From IMG/VR virus record IMGVR_UViG_3300045988_154339: a stretch of 59,570 nucleotides of DNA; one strand, 5' to 3'. Below the pieces are notes generated by a model. It was not told the origin of the DNA. It saw nothing but the letters and a program-made list of their open reading frames with translations, and ran no database searches. Each line of letters opens with the position of its first letter. The stretch's first letter is position 1. The position numbers and the translations under genes are program-made. Source of the stretch: a virus. This document shows, piece by piece, positions 8,807 through 19,048 of this stretch.

Positions 8807-9021
8807 AGTCACTCGCACCGAGTGCACCCGTTGAAGGCAACTTGGACTTGCTCAAATGTGAGCGACTTGACACAATCGTGTACGCGCTCATATCGAGCAA
8901 GCTTGCAACACTGGCGGAGTTGCGAGACGTCTATGATTGCGAGGAGGCTCTTGACTTGTATGAATTATACACGGTGAACGCATACAATAAGAGTTCAATC
9001 CATAAAGCAATCAGGAAATAA
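8501..9021 (+). CDS. Tail assembly chaperone, -1 frameshift (GT-like) product
   Basis: The -1 frame is open from 8788 (CGA) to the TAA at 9019-9021. It encodes ..LATLAELRDVYDCEEALDLYELY.., has no start codon of its own and is absent from the ATG-based ORF track. Confidence 0.65.
8782..8788 (+). promoter_or_regulatory. -1 programmed ribosomal frameshift site T_TTT_TTC
   Basis: The zero frame reads CCT TTT TTC. The heptamer is in the X_XXY_YYZ register. Confidence 0.7.
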
Positions 9022-9026
9022 CACGT

Positions 9027-9120
9027 GAGTTCATCGTTTGACTTCTGAGATACTTCGTAGTAAAGGTAATAGGAATTATTTACCTGACACAAAGAGTCTC
9101 AGAATTAAACGTGGGAACTC
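9027..9120. repeat. Long-hairpin intergenic element, copy A
   Basis: GAGTTCATCGTTTGACTTCTGAGATACTT ... GGTAATAGGAATTATTTACC ... AAGAGTCTCAGAATTAAACGTGGGAACTC. Inverted arms around a TAATAGGAAT tip. Confidence 0.85.
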
Positions 9121-9133
9121 GAGGAGGTACATC

Positions 9134-9529
9134 ATGAAAAGGTTTCTATTTTGGTTCGTGCAATGTACTTGGGGAATTCTCCAAACTCTGGTAGGCGCGA
9201 TACTTCTCTTATGCGTGTCTTGCAAGATTGAGGGCCACGTCTGGTATCGAAAAGCGAGTGCCTCGACTGTGTTGGGCACAAGATTGAGCGGAGCAATCTC
9301 GTTGGGTGCATTCATAATTTGCTTTTACGCACCTGATGAGGACACATACAAACATGAGTTCGGGCATTGCATTCAGAGCTTGATACTCGGACCGCTGTTC
9401 TTGTTTGTGATAGGTTTGCCGAGTCTCATCTGGTGCGGTTGCTTTGACAAGTACAGACAAAAGCACAACATCTCTTATTATTCTTTCTACACTGAAAAGT
9501 GGGCGAATAAACTTGGCGGCGTGAAATAA
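9134..9529 (+). CDS. Membrane protein with HExxH motif (moron between chaperone and tape measure)
   Basis: ORF 9038..9529. The ATG at 9134 follows GAGGAGG. 3-4 hydrophobic helices. HEFGH zincin-like motif. Confidence 0.6.
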   Translation: MKRFLFWFVQCTWGILQTLVGAILLLCVSCKIEGHVWYRKASASTVLGTRLSGAISLGAFIICFYAPDEDTYKHEFGHCIQSLILGPLFLFVIGLPSLIWCGCFDKYRQKHNISYYSFYTEKWANKLGGVK

Positions 9530-9542
9530 TCGCCGCACACAT

Positions 9543-9624
9543 GGGCCTGAAATGGTGTCGATTGCGATTAAGACCCTAAACGGGAAGTCGTAAGACCTGA
9601 GTTCAATTCTCAGCAGGTCCACCA
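9543..9624 (+). ncRNA. tRNA-like element (canonical acceptor stem, T arm and CCA; non-canonical D/anticodon region)
   Basis: GGGCCTG pairs with CAGGTCC. T arm CTGAG-TTCAATT-CTCAG. Discriminator A plus CCA. I could not fold the 47 nt between into a standard D arm and anticodon arm. Confidence 0.35.
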
Positions 9625-9649
9625 AACACAATCACAAGGAGGTCGAACA

Positions 9650-10714
9650 ATGGACGAGTTTCATCTTGATATGGGCGTAAGATTTACACCCGACGAAAAT
9701 AGCGTCAAAGAGATTGATAAGCTGTTCGACTCGTTTCGCAAAATAAAAGTCTTCGGCGGCGATGAAGGCATCGCTAAAATGCGTGAGCAATTTGATGACT
9801 ACAACACAAGGCGTTCGAGTTTGCAGCAAGCTCAGTCGATGCTCGACCAATACAGAACAGTTCAAGGCAAAGGCGACAAGTTCGAAGATGCAACGACAAG
9901 AGAGCTCATGAAGTACATGCAGGAGCTCATTGACAGCAATGAGAGCCTGAAAGAAGAGTTCGGTCAAAACTTCAAAACCGAGTTTGACGAGAGCACTGAG
10001 GTCATGATTGGCAATCTCAAAAGTCAATTCCTCAACAAGCTCTCAAGTCTTGCGCAAAGCTTTTTGAGCTCGATAGGAAATCTCTTCAAAGATGCTTGGA
10101 GCGAGCTCGGCACAATGCTTCAGAGCTCGCTTTTAACTAATGCGAACACTCGTGAGAATGCGTTCAATTACGGGTTCTCTGCGAGTGAGTCGTACGGGTT
10201 CGACAAAGCCAAGCAGATGTTGGGCATTCAGTCAGAGGAAGACCTCTGGTACATGAACGACACACAAAAGAGCAAGTTCCAAGAGATAATGACGAAGTAC
10301 TCTGAGAAGTACGAACAGCTCTATGATAGTGGCTTCTTCGATAAATATTTGCAGTTTCAGATTGAGATGGAAGAGTTCAAGCTCGATATGCAAATGGAAA
10401 TCATCGAGTTTTTCATGGAGAATAAGAACACAATCAAAAAATTTATGGAGCTCTCGATGAGTGCGATGGAGTTCATTGTGAATGCACTCGGTTGGCTGAT
10501 GGACTTCTTTGGAGGAAGTGAACAAACATCTGATGAAGAAAAGCTTGCGAACATAAACGATATCATCGGAAGCTACACTTCGAATAACGGCGTCGTCAAT
10601 CAAACGTTCAGCAACAACAACACGTTCAACGGCACGACGGACTCTCAGAAACAGGCATACCTTGATATGCTTAACGCACAAATGGTCGAGGCGAAAAAAG
10701 GCTTAGGAGGTTAA
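9650..10714 (+). CDS. Tape-measure-like protein (part 1)
   Basis: Position after the chaperone frameshift pair. Helical, Q/E/K-rich. AAGGAGG RBS. Confidence 0.5.
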   Translation: MDEFHLDMGVRFTPDENSVKEIDKLFDSFRKIKVFGGDEGIAKMREQFDDYNTRRSSLQQAQSMLDQYRTVQGKGDKFEDATTRELMKYMQELIDSNESLKEEFGQNFKTEFDESTEVMIGNLKSQFLNKLSSLAQSFLSSIGNLFKDAWSELGTMLQSSLLTNANTRENAFNYGFSASESYGFDKAKQMLGIQSEEDLWYMNDTQKSKFQEIMTKYSEKYEQLYDSGFFDKYLQFQIEMEEFKLDMQMEIIEFFMENKNTIKKFMELSMSAMEFIVNALGWLMDFFGGSEQTSDEEKLANINDIIGSYTSNNGVVNQTFSNNNTFNGTTDSQKQAYLDMLNAQMVEAKKGLGG

Positions 10715-10715
10715 C

Positions 10716-11999
10716 GTGGAATACGCAGTTCTCATATCATATATTGACCCGAATGATGCAACAAACGCGGTCACGATTATTCTCGACACAGTCAACGATA
10801 CGCAAGTAAACGCTTCGTCGACTGTGACGGAACACCCGACTGTGAACGGAACTCCGATGGCCGACCACATGTACAAGAACCCGATTGACTTGACACTCAA
10901 CGGAACGTTCTCGCTCAACGGCAAAAAGGCAATACTCATCGACAAAGCAGGAAAGAGCTTAGCACGAGTTGAGAAAATCTTTGAAGACATCAAAGACAAG
11001 GGCATTCTTTGCACAATCTCGAAAATCAAAATTGTCGATAGAGACAGCACACCGCAATTCACAGTACGCGACAACATGGTGTTGCAGAGCATCAATTGGG
11101 TTGAGAAAATCAACTCGCTTGGCTTTACGTTCAACTTCAGGGAAGCGTTACGAGCAGACGTTCAAGTCTATGACGTCGACCCTGACGACAGATTTGCGCC
11201 GGACATCACATACGCCGATGCATCGAACTTTTCCGATACATTGCTTGATTGGGACGCGGTCGATGAAGAGGTTTTGCAAGCGCTCATTGACTACAATCTT
11301 GCGGCGGACGACTTTCTTGAGTATCTTGCGACGATAAGTGTTGGGTCGCTCATCGCGATAGGCATTGGTGCAGCTGTTGCAACCGCACTCGCATCAACAC
11401 TTGTTGCGTTGGGCGTGGCAATCTCGACAATCCCTATCGTTGGTGCAGTTGTTGCAGCTGTTGCCGCGGTCGTTATCGGCATTTTCGCATTGTTTAAGCT
11501 CATCAAGAAAAGAGCTTATAAAATCAAGGCGTTTGTGTATTACAAGAATGCGACGAAGAGAGACAAAGAAGTCAAGCGCTTTATGGAGTTTTATGACAGT
11601 ATTCACAACAAAATTCGAACGCTTGATGGTACAATGAAAGTGTGGAGTGTGAGTGAAAACAAAGCTCAAGAGACACTCGTAAACATTGACGGCTCGTACT
11701 ACATTTTCAACTTTGAGAGAAACAACGTTGACTCGGGCTATGCGTACAAACTCAACGTCAGTGACATCAATGATACGGCAATCAAATGCACCAACACAAA
11801 CTGTGCAATCAATGCTTTCACTGACGGCAATGATAATAACATGCTTTTCAGTACGAGCAAAAGTCGAGTGTATCTCATTCGAGATGCAAACGCGGACCCG
11901 AACGATTTGACTCGGTACTTCATTTGCGCAGCACAATTGAGTCCCGTTGATTTTTCGAACGCGCTCACAAACATAATTCAAGAGGCCATCAAATACTAA
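10716..11999 (+). CDS. Tail protein with long Gly/Ala/Val hydrophobic segment (tape-measure part 2 or distal tail protein)
   Basis: The GTG follows AGGAGG, 1 nt after the preceding stop. About 60-aa hydrophobic stretch LIAIGIGAAVATALASTLVALGVAISTIPIVGAVVAAVAAVVIGIF. Confidence 0.4.
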   Translation: MEYAVLISYIDPNDATNAVTIILDTVNDTQVNASSTVTEHPTVNGTPMADHMYKNPIDLTLNGTFSLNGKKAILIDKAGKSLARVEKIFEDIKDKGILCTISKIKIVDRDSTPQFTVRDNMVLQSINWVEKINSLGFTFNFREALRADVQVYDVDPDDRFAPDITYADASNFSDTLLDWDAVDEEVLQALIDYNLAADDFLEYLATISVGSLIAIGIGAAVATALASTLVALGVAISTIPIVGAVVAAVAAVVIGIFALFKLIKKRAYKIKAFVYYKNATKRDKEVKRFMEFYDSIHNKIRTLDGTMKVWSVSENKAQETLVNIDGSYYIFNFERNNVDSGYAYKLNVSDINDTAIKCTNTNCAINAFTDGNDNNMLFSTSKSRVYLIRDANADPNDLTRYFICAAQLSPVDFSNALTNIIQEAIKY

Positions 12000-12015
12000 G
12001 CAAGGAGGTGACATC

Positions 12016-12984
12016 GTGGCAGTTAAAGCTTGGATGCGAGTTTTAAGAATAACACTCACAACGAAAAGTCCCGGACAGAACGGGAAAAACAAGCAACTCG
12101 TTTTTGAAGAGAATGAAAGCGGTGTCGGTCTTGCAATATCTGTGAACGGCAATAAGTTCATGAGCACGCTCAAAGACAATTGCACAGTCAAAATCTCGAA
12201 CTTGACTTACGTTGAGATTGTGCAAATCATCACAGGGCAATTCTACAACATCAAGATTGAGTGCGGGTATAAGTCGAGCGGCGTTCAGACGATTTTTGAG
12301 GGCGGGGTCATGTACATCTCGAACTTACGAGAGAGTGTCGACACCAACACTGTGACGATACTTTGTGCGTCCCACCTTGTTGCGTCTTACGGTCAAAGAC
12401 GTATCAATTTGAGCTTCAACTCTGGCATCAACATGTACTCGGCGATAAACTTTGTGTGCAAGGTCGGAGGTGTTCCGAACCCGAACATCTCGACGCAATT
12501 TAAGAAGCAATTCTTAGAGGGCATTGAGAACGCGCACAATCAAACTGCTGCAGAATGGGTCAACGACCAGACCACTAAAAAGGGCTCGTACATATCGAGT
12601 TCGGATTGTATTGGCAACTCATTCATGACATTGTTCGATGCGAACAAGAGCAACGCACGCGTCATAAAACTTAATGAAGATACGTTGCTCTTAACGAACG
12701 GGTTTCCTCGTATGACAGCTGACGGTTTGGTGTTCTCTGTAATGCCGACGTTTGCGTTTCAATGTGGCGACACAATCGTAATGGACAACTCGCTCATTCA
12801 AATCAACGTGACATCTCAAAGCGAAGCAACGAAAAATCTTGGCGGCTTACTCGACGAGAACGGTCAGTATATGATTTACGAGATGCACTATCAACTCGAA
12901 AATCGAGGACAGAACTTCTTCCTCGAAATCTATGCTAAGACGAGGTCGAGAATATCGGCGTACCTTGCAAAGGAGATTGGCTAA
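12016..12984 (+). CDS. Putative baseplate hub-type protein
   Basis: 322 aa, GTG after AAGGAGG, located between tape-measure-like and baseplate genes. Call is by position. Confidence 0.35.
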   Translation: MAVKAWMRVLRITLTTKSPGQNGKNKQLVFEENESGVGLAISVNGNKFMSTLKDNCTVKISNLTYVEIVQIITGQFYNIKIECGYKSSGVQTIFEGGVMYISNLRESVDTNTVTILCASHLVASYGQRRINLSFNSGINMYSAINFVCKVGGVPNPNISTQFKKQFLEGIENAHNQTAAEWVNDQTTKKGSYISSSDCIGNSFMTLFDANKSNARVIKLNEDTLLLTNGFPRMTADGLVFSVMPTFAFQCGDTIVMDNSLIQINVTSQSEATKNLGGLLDENGQYMIYEMHYQLENRGQNFFLEIYAKTRSRISAYLAKEIG

Positions 12985-13343
12985 TGGCACACGGAAATGA
13001 TACCGAAAACAGTTCGTTCTTAGACGTATGCTTTGCGCTCAAGAATAACGTGTTCAGAACAATGAACGTTGCAGACATTTGTGTTGTTCGTGAGATAAAC
13101 GGTGACGTTTTGAGATGTGAGTACATCACAGACTCCAACACAAACATTGAGTGCATCAAGCTGCAAGGTCTCGACATCAAAGTGAGTGACGTTGTGTTGG
13201 TGATTTTCACGAACAACGATTTTCGAGCAAGCCTGAATGCATTCAAAGTAGGTCAGGCAAACACGGACTCTAAAACGACTCTGTATCATGAAAAAGCGTA
13301 CGGTATTGTCGTTGGCTTAATCTACAGAAAACCGGAGGTATAA
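12984..13343 (+). CDS. Small baseplate-module protein
   Basis: TAATG overlap with the upstream gene. 119 aa. Confidence 0.4.
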   Translation: MAHGNDTENSSFLDVCFALKNNVFRTMNVADICVVREINGDVLRCEYITDSNTNIECIKLQGLDIKVSDVVLVIFTNNDFRASLNAFKVGQANTDSKTTLYHEKAYGIVVGLIYRKPEV

Positions 13344-13347
13344 GAGA

Positions 13348-14655
13348 ATGCTTAAAGACAGAAAGTTTGAAATCGGCAACTTCGTAAGACTTGCGAGTGC
13401 AGGCATGGAAGTTGCAGAGTTCGTCGATGTAAGGGACGCAATTATCAAACGCTACAAAGAGGTGTACGGGTCCGACATCGACCTAAGCACAGCAAGTGCT
13501 GACGGCGTGTTCGTCAACGACATGGCTCTCATCATCAACAACATCTTACAGGTTATGAAGAGCTTATACTCAAATCTCGACGTTGATACTGCAAGCGGTG
13601 TCTATCTTGATGCACTTTGCAGATTGGCGAACGTCAATCGAATGGGCGCAACAAAGTCGACTGCATCGATTATCGTAACGAGCTTGCTTACGACAGGCGA
13701 CCCGGTCACATTCGGTGATATAGACGAAAACGGCAACGTTACAAATCAAATCACTTTCGTTGACAAGTCCGGAACCGAATGGGTGAGCGATGTGAGCGTA
13801 ACACTTGGACCTAGTGAAAGCGCTGAGGTCAAGGTCACTTGTACAGAGCCTGGACCTGTCGATGCTCCTGCAGGATGGATTGCTCAGACGCTTCTTGTCA
13901 TGAACTTGAAGGTCGAGCAAACCGAAAACGCAGTTCGTGGAAGCAATGAAGAGAGTGATACAGAGCTGAGACAAAGACGTGCACAATCTTCGGGAGCAAA
14001 CGGAGTGAGCGTACTTGAAAGTCTTGTGGGCGCATTGTTGGAAGTTACAGGCATCGATGATGTAAGCATTTACAACAACAACACTTTGGTGAATGCTACT
14101 GCGAAAGACGGCACAGTTATTGCTCCGCATAACATGTACATCATCGTTCGTCAGCAAAAAGGTCTGAACATTGCTGATGCAACAATCGGCGATTTGATTT
14201 ACACGAAATTGACGCCGGGCATCAAAACAACTGCTTCGACCGCTGCTGCAACAAACGGAACAGCAAAGCAATATGAGTTCATTCCTCAAATGCTCGGCAT
14301 TACGATAAACTACCTCAATCAATTCGTGTACTGGAAGAAAGCGGTCGCGATTAAGCCGACAATCACTGCGAAAATCAAACCGACACAATACTTCACAGAA
14401 AACGAGTTCGCAACGATTGCTCAGGAAGTTTACAATTACGCGAATAACATCAAGCTTGGCGACAGCATTGACGCCGACCAGATTTTCATCGCAATTCTTG
14501 AGGCGGACCCTGAATTCAAGGGTCAGAGAACATACACTGTGAGCGCATCGAACGTCAGTGTTGCGAATACAGACAATCCAGACACATATTACGAGTATTC
14601 GACGTTTTCATTCAACAAGGAGACCGACGGAACGTACACGCTCACAATTCAGTAA
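13348..14655 (+). CDS. Baseplate J-like protein
   Basis: 435 aa. The N-terminal region (..SADGVFVNDMALIINNILQ..ASGVYLDALCRLANVNRMGATKS..) resembles the gpJ/gp47 family. Confidence 0.6.
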   Translation: MLKDRKFEIGNFVRLASAGMEVAEFVDVRDAIIKRYKEVYGSDIDLSTASADGVFVNDMALIINNILQVMKSLYSNLDVDTASGVYLDALCRLANVNRMGATKSTASIIVTSLLTTGDPVTFGDIDENGNVTNQITFVDKSGTEWVSDVSVTLGPSESAEVKVTCTEPGPVDAPAGWIAQTLLVMNLKVEQTENAVRGSNEESDTELRQRRAQSSGANGVSVLESLVGALLEVTGIDDVSIYNNNTLVNATAKDGTVIAPHNMYIIVRQQKGLNIADATIGDLIYTKLTPGIKTTASTAAATNGTAKQYEFIPQMLGITINYLNQFVYWKKAVAIKPTITAKIKPTQYFTENEFATIAQEVYNYANNIKLGDSIDADQIFIAILEADPEFKGQRTYTVSASNVSVANTDNPDTYYEYSTFSFNKETDGTYTLTIQ

Positions 14656-14664
14656 GGAGGCAGC

Positions 14665-15396
14665 ATGAAGCATCTTATACCGCTGACAATACGAGAGTTC
14701 AGATACTACGAACGAAAGCTTCCGCTCTATTTGCGTAACGACGATTGTTTTATTGAGCATTTTCGTTTGTGGTATGAGCTTTTGATGGGCGAAGGCGATG
14801 ACGAACAAGGCATCGCACTAAACGAGTTCAAAGGCGTGTCACCGACAAGTGACTTGCTTTTGCATTTGCTCAACATCTACGACAACGACTTTTTAGACAC
14901 AATCTCGCAGCTCAAAGATTATGACGACAATTGTGATTTGCTTGACATGATTGGCAATCTCTTCGGCTTACGCAGAACGTTTTCACTCGAGTATTACGAG
15001 ACTGTGACTTCGACGACAAAAACAGCTGCGACTGTGTCGTTGACAGATAAAGAGTTCTTAACGCTCATTAAGGCACAAATCATTCGAAACTACTGCAACG
15101 GCACGTATGAGCAAGTCATGCAATACTATACAGACGCAGGTCTTCAGATTTTACCTGTCTACAATGACACGTACGATGCCAGTGTTGACGCTTACTTGAA
15201 CAAGAGTGAAGATGTAACGCCCAACATCGATAAGCTCTTCAGAGGCGGCTATTTGACTGTCGAACATCTCGGTATTCGATATACGTACACTATCACCGAA
15301 ATGCTCAACGTTTTGGTCTGGGCTGACGGAAACGGTCAAGGCGGAAATTCGTTCTGGGCAGACGAAAATGATGTAGGAGGTGTGTTCACAGTATGA
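14665..15396 (+). CDS. Baseplate/tail-fibre-associated protein
   Basis: 243 aa after baseplate J. AAGGAGG RBS. Confidence 0.4.
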   Translation: MKHLIPLTIREFRYYERKLPLYLRNDDCFIEHFRLWYELLMGEGDDEQGIALNEFKGVSPTSDLLLHLLNIYDNDFLDTISQLKDYDDNCDLLDMIGNLFGLRRTFSLEYYETVTSTTKTAATVSLTDKEFLTLIKAQIIRNYCNGTYEQVMQYYTDAGLQILPVYNDTYDASVDAYLNKSEDVTPNIDKLFRGGYLTVEHLGIRYTYTITEMLNVLVWADGNGQGGNSFWADENDVGGVFTV

Positions 15397-15866
15397 GAGT
15401 CAGACGAGTCATGGACGAACGTTCGGGTACAACAAGACGACGTACGATTGTGTGGTTTGGGTCGTATGGAACGACGACAAAGCTTGATGCAAATGGCAAT
15501 ATTATTACTCATCCAGAAATGCAACCAGATGGCAGCGTCGTGCAAGTGCCGACGATGTTCGCAAAATTCGTTAATTCAAACGACAAACACGACAATTTTT
15601 CGAGCGAAAACACGATGGTCAGAGACTGTCTCATTCAACGCTTGAGCGTCATACAACACGAGCTCTGGTACAACTATCAGTACGGTATGCCGCTTGTCGA
15701 TGAAGACACAGCAAAAGTCACAATCGACAATTTCGTAATGAAGACGATACAAGCGCATCAAGATGTGTTGGAGATTACGAGTTTTACGAGCAATCTTGAT
15801 AAACACAACTATCATTGTGACGTTCAATTTACGACGAAATTCGGCAACACAAGTTTGTCACTCTGA
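15393..15866 (+). CDS. Putative baseplate wedge (gp25/W-like) protein
   Basis: ATGA overlap with the upstream gene. The segment VRDCLIQRLSVIQHELWYNYQYGMPL resembles gp25-like proteins. Confidence 0.35.
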   Translation: MRVRRVMDERSGTTRRRTIVWFGSYGTTTKLDANGNIITHPEMQPDGSVVQVPTMFAKFVNSNDKHDNFSSENTMVRDCLIQRLSVIQHELWYNYQYGMPLVDEDTAKVTIDNFVMKTIQAHQDVLEITSFTSNLDKHNYHCDVQFTTKFGNTSLSL

Positions 15867-15867
15867 T

Positions 15868-15896
15868 TATACTTTGGGCACTTTTGATGATATAAT
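15868..15896 (+). promoter_or_regulatory. Internal plus-strand promoter (TATACT-17-TGATATAAT)
   Basis: TATACT at 15868-15873, TGA plus TATAAT at 15888-15896, 22 nt before the ATG at 15919. Confidence 0.55.
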
Positions 15897-15918
15897 ATTT
15901 ATGAAGGAGAGATAGATA

Positions 15919-17793
15919 ATGCGCTTTCTTGTAGCAGAAAAACTTGGCCCTCACAAGTTCAAAACGCCTGAGGGTTATTTGATTTGCACGGACGCCATTT
16001 TGAGCAGAACCGGCAAACAAGAATATAAACGTTGCGAGCTTTTTGGCGATACATGCGAAGACCCCGACAAAATTGTGAACGTTGAACGCACAGACGACGA
16101 GGTGTTCTCCGATAAAGCAATGGCTTCATTTGAGAACAAAGCGGTGTGTATCGAGCACCCTGACCACGACGTCAATGCTGAAAATCACAACGAGCTTGCG
16201 GTCGGTTTTGTGCGTGATATTCATAAGGGCGAAGACAACGGAAAGCCTGTCATGATGGGCACGCTCGTTATCACAGACAAAGACGCAGTCGAAGCTGTTG
16301 AGAGCGGCGAATACAAAGAGTTGAGTTGTGGTTACGACTGCGATATCGACGACGACGGCGAACCGTGTCAACGCAACATACGCGGCAATCATGTTGCACT
16401 TTGCAAACAAGGTAGAGCAGGTATCGCACGAATTGTTGACAGTGTTGATGATACAAGATTTTGGGGCCAACAATACCCGTACGAATTGTGGCTGACATAC
16501 CCTAAAACAGGTCGTAAATTTATGGCTGGAGCGTTCAAAACACATGAAGAAGCAAGACGAAACACAGATCGTCTTCGTAAAGAATTTACGCATAATGTCG
16601 ATGGTATTCCAAATGCGGAAATTCGTGAAAATTTTAGAGACAGTGTCGACGATGCTGGTATCAAAGTTTGGCAAGTTCGTCAAGGCTATGCGATAGTCGT
16701 TAAACGTTACTGGAAACAATATGGACGTAATGCATTTGTCGATGCGACAGAGTCGAGCATTGAAGCTGCGAGATATCATCGCGGCTCGCTTGAACGCAAT
16801 GACAAAATGGAGTTCGTGATTGTCGATTGTAACGACGGAAAATATAAAATCGAGGACGAAGGTATGAAAGATATTCAAGCAACGAAAACACCCGGCACAG
16901 ACAAAATCATTTATGTGATGCAGTCGGACATCGACAAAAATCTGTACTTCTACATCGGCAAAACATTCTCGATGAAAGAGGGTGCTTGGGGTTACACGAA
17001 ATTCGAAATGGGCGATGACACGCCTGAACAGCTTAAAGCTGAACTTGCTCGAAACGGCTGGCATCAAGTTGCGAGCGGTCCGGCGAGAATTATTGACGCT
17101 TCGAACGAAGAGTGGACTGTCGTTGAAGAGGAGAATTATAAAAAAGCAAACAAGCCAATAATCGATGAAGAATACGTACAATTACCGCGTGGCAGATTTA
17201 AGGTTGTTGAAAAAACAAAAGAAGAACTTGAAAGAGAAGGTTACGGTTATCATCATTCTGCGAATGGCTATAGCGTTTATACAAAGAATAACACAGCGAT
17301 CGCAATTAAAGATGCGGTGAAAGATAACAAAGAACAACTCTTCACAATCGAATATGAACAGGACGGCGTGACGCATGTTCACAAAGTACGTGCAAATTCG
17401 ATTGAGGACGCCATTTCGAAAGTGAAATCTCAAGACGCAGGTGCATTACCTTCGTCTACATGGCAACACGGTTCTGTATATGTAAACGCTTCATCGCAAA
17501 TTACAAGTCAAAAAATTGTATCTGATATACGTGATTTTATGCGTTCCGCGGGTTTTGCAGTTTGCAAAATCGAAAACGGTAAAGTCGACGAATTAACTAT
17601 TTCGTTAAAAGTATCTGTTGTTCCGTCCGGAAAAAAAGGTAATGCTGCATCATTTACGTTTGACTTAACGTATATTCCGACATCAAGCTATCAATACAAA
17701 TATAAATCAAGCAGTGTTTCAGAAACACAAATTGCAACACAACTGCGTAAATTTGCGAATAGCAAATTATACGAAGATAAATCTCTTGAGTAA
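15919..17793 (+). CDS. DUF2213-like head maturation/scaffold-type protein with long C-terminal extension
   Basis: The N-terminal ~170 aa ([45 protein letters not shown]) recalls DUF2213 proteins found next to DUF2184 capsid genes. Confidence 0.4.
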   Translation: MRFLVAEKLGPHKFKTPEGYLICTDAILSRTGKQEYKRCELFGDTCEDPDKIVNVERTDDEVFSDKAMASFENKAVCIEHPDHDVNAENHNELAVGFVRDIHKGEDNGKPVMMGTLVITDKDAVEAVESGEYKELSCGYDCDIDDDGEPCQRNIRGNHVALCKQGRAGIARIVDSVDDTRFWGQQYPYELWLTYPKTGRKFMAGAFKTHEEARRNTDRLRKEFTHNVDGIPNAEIRENFRDSVDDAGIKVWQVRQGYAIVVKRYWKQYGRNAFVDATESSIEAARYHRGSLERNDKMEFVIVDCNDGKYKIEDEGMKDIQATKTPGTDKIIYVMQSDIDKNLYFYIGKTFSMKEGAWGYTKFEMGDDTPEQLKAELARNGWHQVASGPARIIDASNEEWTVVEEENYKKANKPIIDEEYVQLPRGRFKVVEKTKEELEREGYGYHHSANGYSVYTKNNTAIAIKDAVKDNKEQLFTIEYEQDGVTHVHKVRANSIEDAISKVKSQDAGALPSSTWQHGSVYVNASSQITSQKIVSDIRDFMRSAGFAVCKIENGKVDELTISLKVSVVPSGKKGNAASFTFDLTYIPTSSYQYKYKSSSVSETQIATQLRKFANSKLYEDKSLE

Positions 17794-17808
17794 GAAGTAT
17801 GTAAAAGA

Positions 17809-18270
17809 ATGAGTGACATCGGTGAAGGTCTTCGTAAATATCTTGCGAGCATTCCCGAGTATCAAATTCAAATCGGGGTGTTCAGCACAAAGACGAAACG
17901 CAAAACGACATACAGCGTAGGCATAACGAATGCTGAGCTGATGTTCATACATGAGAACGGGTCGCCGCTACATCATTTACCAGCACGACCCGTGCTCAAA
18001 ATGACAATAGAATACGGGAACACACTTATTAAGAGTGTGATGCAAAAAGCGCTTAAAGCGTATGTTGAAGTCGGTGAGCAAGGACTTGAGAAAGAGCTCA
18101 ACAAGATGTGTGTTCGTATGGAGAACTACGCTCGAGAGATAATCTACTCAAACGACGGTCGACTCGCGCCTAACACACCAAGTGTTGCAGCTCGCAAAAA
18201 AGGCAATCACCCGTTATTTGATACAGGACAGCTTGCACGAAGCATAACATGCAAACTTGTTCGAGTCTAA
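17809..18270 (+). CDS. HK97 gp10-like virion morphogenesis protein, putative
   Basis: ITNAELMFIHENGSPLHHLPARPVL resembles the gp10-family motif. Confidence 0.45.
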   Translation: MSDIGEGLRKYLASIPEYQIQIGVFSTKTKRKTTYSVGITNAELMFIHENGSPLHHLPARPVLKMTIEYGNTLIKSVMQKALKAYVEVGEQGLEKELNKMCVRMENYAREIIYSNDGRLAPNTPSVAARKKGNHPLFDTGQLARSITCKLVRV

Positions 18271-18286
18271 AAGGAGGTTATGCATC

Positions 18287-19048
18287 ATGATTGAAGACAT
18301 GAATGAAGTGAGCGCGGCTCTTAAACGAATGCAAGAAGAGCAAGCTCGACTCGATGGAACGTCCAACACTGTGGACGCTCCTATTGAAGCGAAAGATGAC
18401 GTTGAGTTGCCTGAGGTTAAGGCTGCGGAGCATGTCGAAAACGTATCGAAGGCTGTGAGCGAAGTCGTTGAGAATTTGCCTGATACATCTCCTTTACAAG
18501 TGCCTGCGCCTGAAACGCAATTCGGCGCTGCGATGGAACAAGTCAAGCTCAATGTGTTGGCTGAGGCGAGTGCAGAAGACGAGCAATTCGTTGACAAAGT
18601 CAAATCGACTCTCAAAAAAGCCGCAGTCAAGCACACAGAAGTTGAAGAGAAACGTGCAGACTTCGAAAAGCAAAAGGTCGATTTTGCGAGTGAAGTACTT
18701 CAAACAGAACAACAAAAGAATGAGCATCGTGCTATCGAAGATAAATGGGCGAACAGGGAACGTAAACGGCAATATCACTACAACGGCGTCAAGCCCATCA
18801 TGCGCTTCGTCGGCATTGAAGAGCCGCTCAATCTATTCTTGCTCTACTTGCTCACGCTTGTGTTGAGTCCGTTCTTTTTGCTCAGCAAACTCTTAAAGGG
18901 AACAGTCGGAGCTCTTATTGCGGGAGCATCCGATGGAGACCGTCCGAAAGCTGTGAAAGGCTTTTTGTGGACTCTAATCGCAATCATTGCCGTTATGGCA
19001 ATCGCAGCTGTCGTATATCTATTCCTTACGTGGCAAGGACTGATATAA
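18287..19048 (+). CDS. Membrane protein (C-terminal transmembrane helices)
   Basis: ORF 18257..19048. The ATG at 18287 lies 9 nt after AAGGAGG. Acidic N-terminal part and 2-3 C-terminal hydrophobic helices. Confidence 0.5.
   Translation: MIEDMNEVSAALKRMQEEQARLDGTSNTVDAPIEAKDDVELPEVKAAEHVENVSKAVSEVVENLPDTSPLQVPAPETQFGAAMEQVKLNVLAEASAEDEQFVDKVKSTLKKAAVKHTEVEEKRADFEKQKVDFASEVLQTEQQKNEHRAIEDKWANRERKRQYHYNGVKPIMRFVGIEEPLNLFLLYLLTLVLSPFFLLSKLLKGTVGALIAGASDGDRPKAVKGFLWTLIAIIAVMAIAAVVYLFLTWQGLI

Noticed and set aside
9543-9624. attP core for tRNA-targeted integration
   Set aside because: The 3' tRNA-half similarity is suggestive, but no integrase, excisionase or repressor gene is present. It is kept only as one alternative in the tRNA-like finding.
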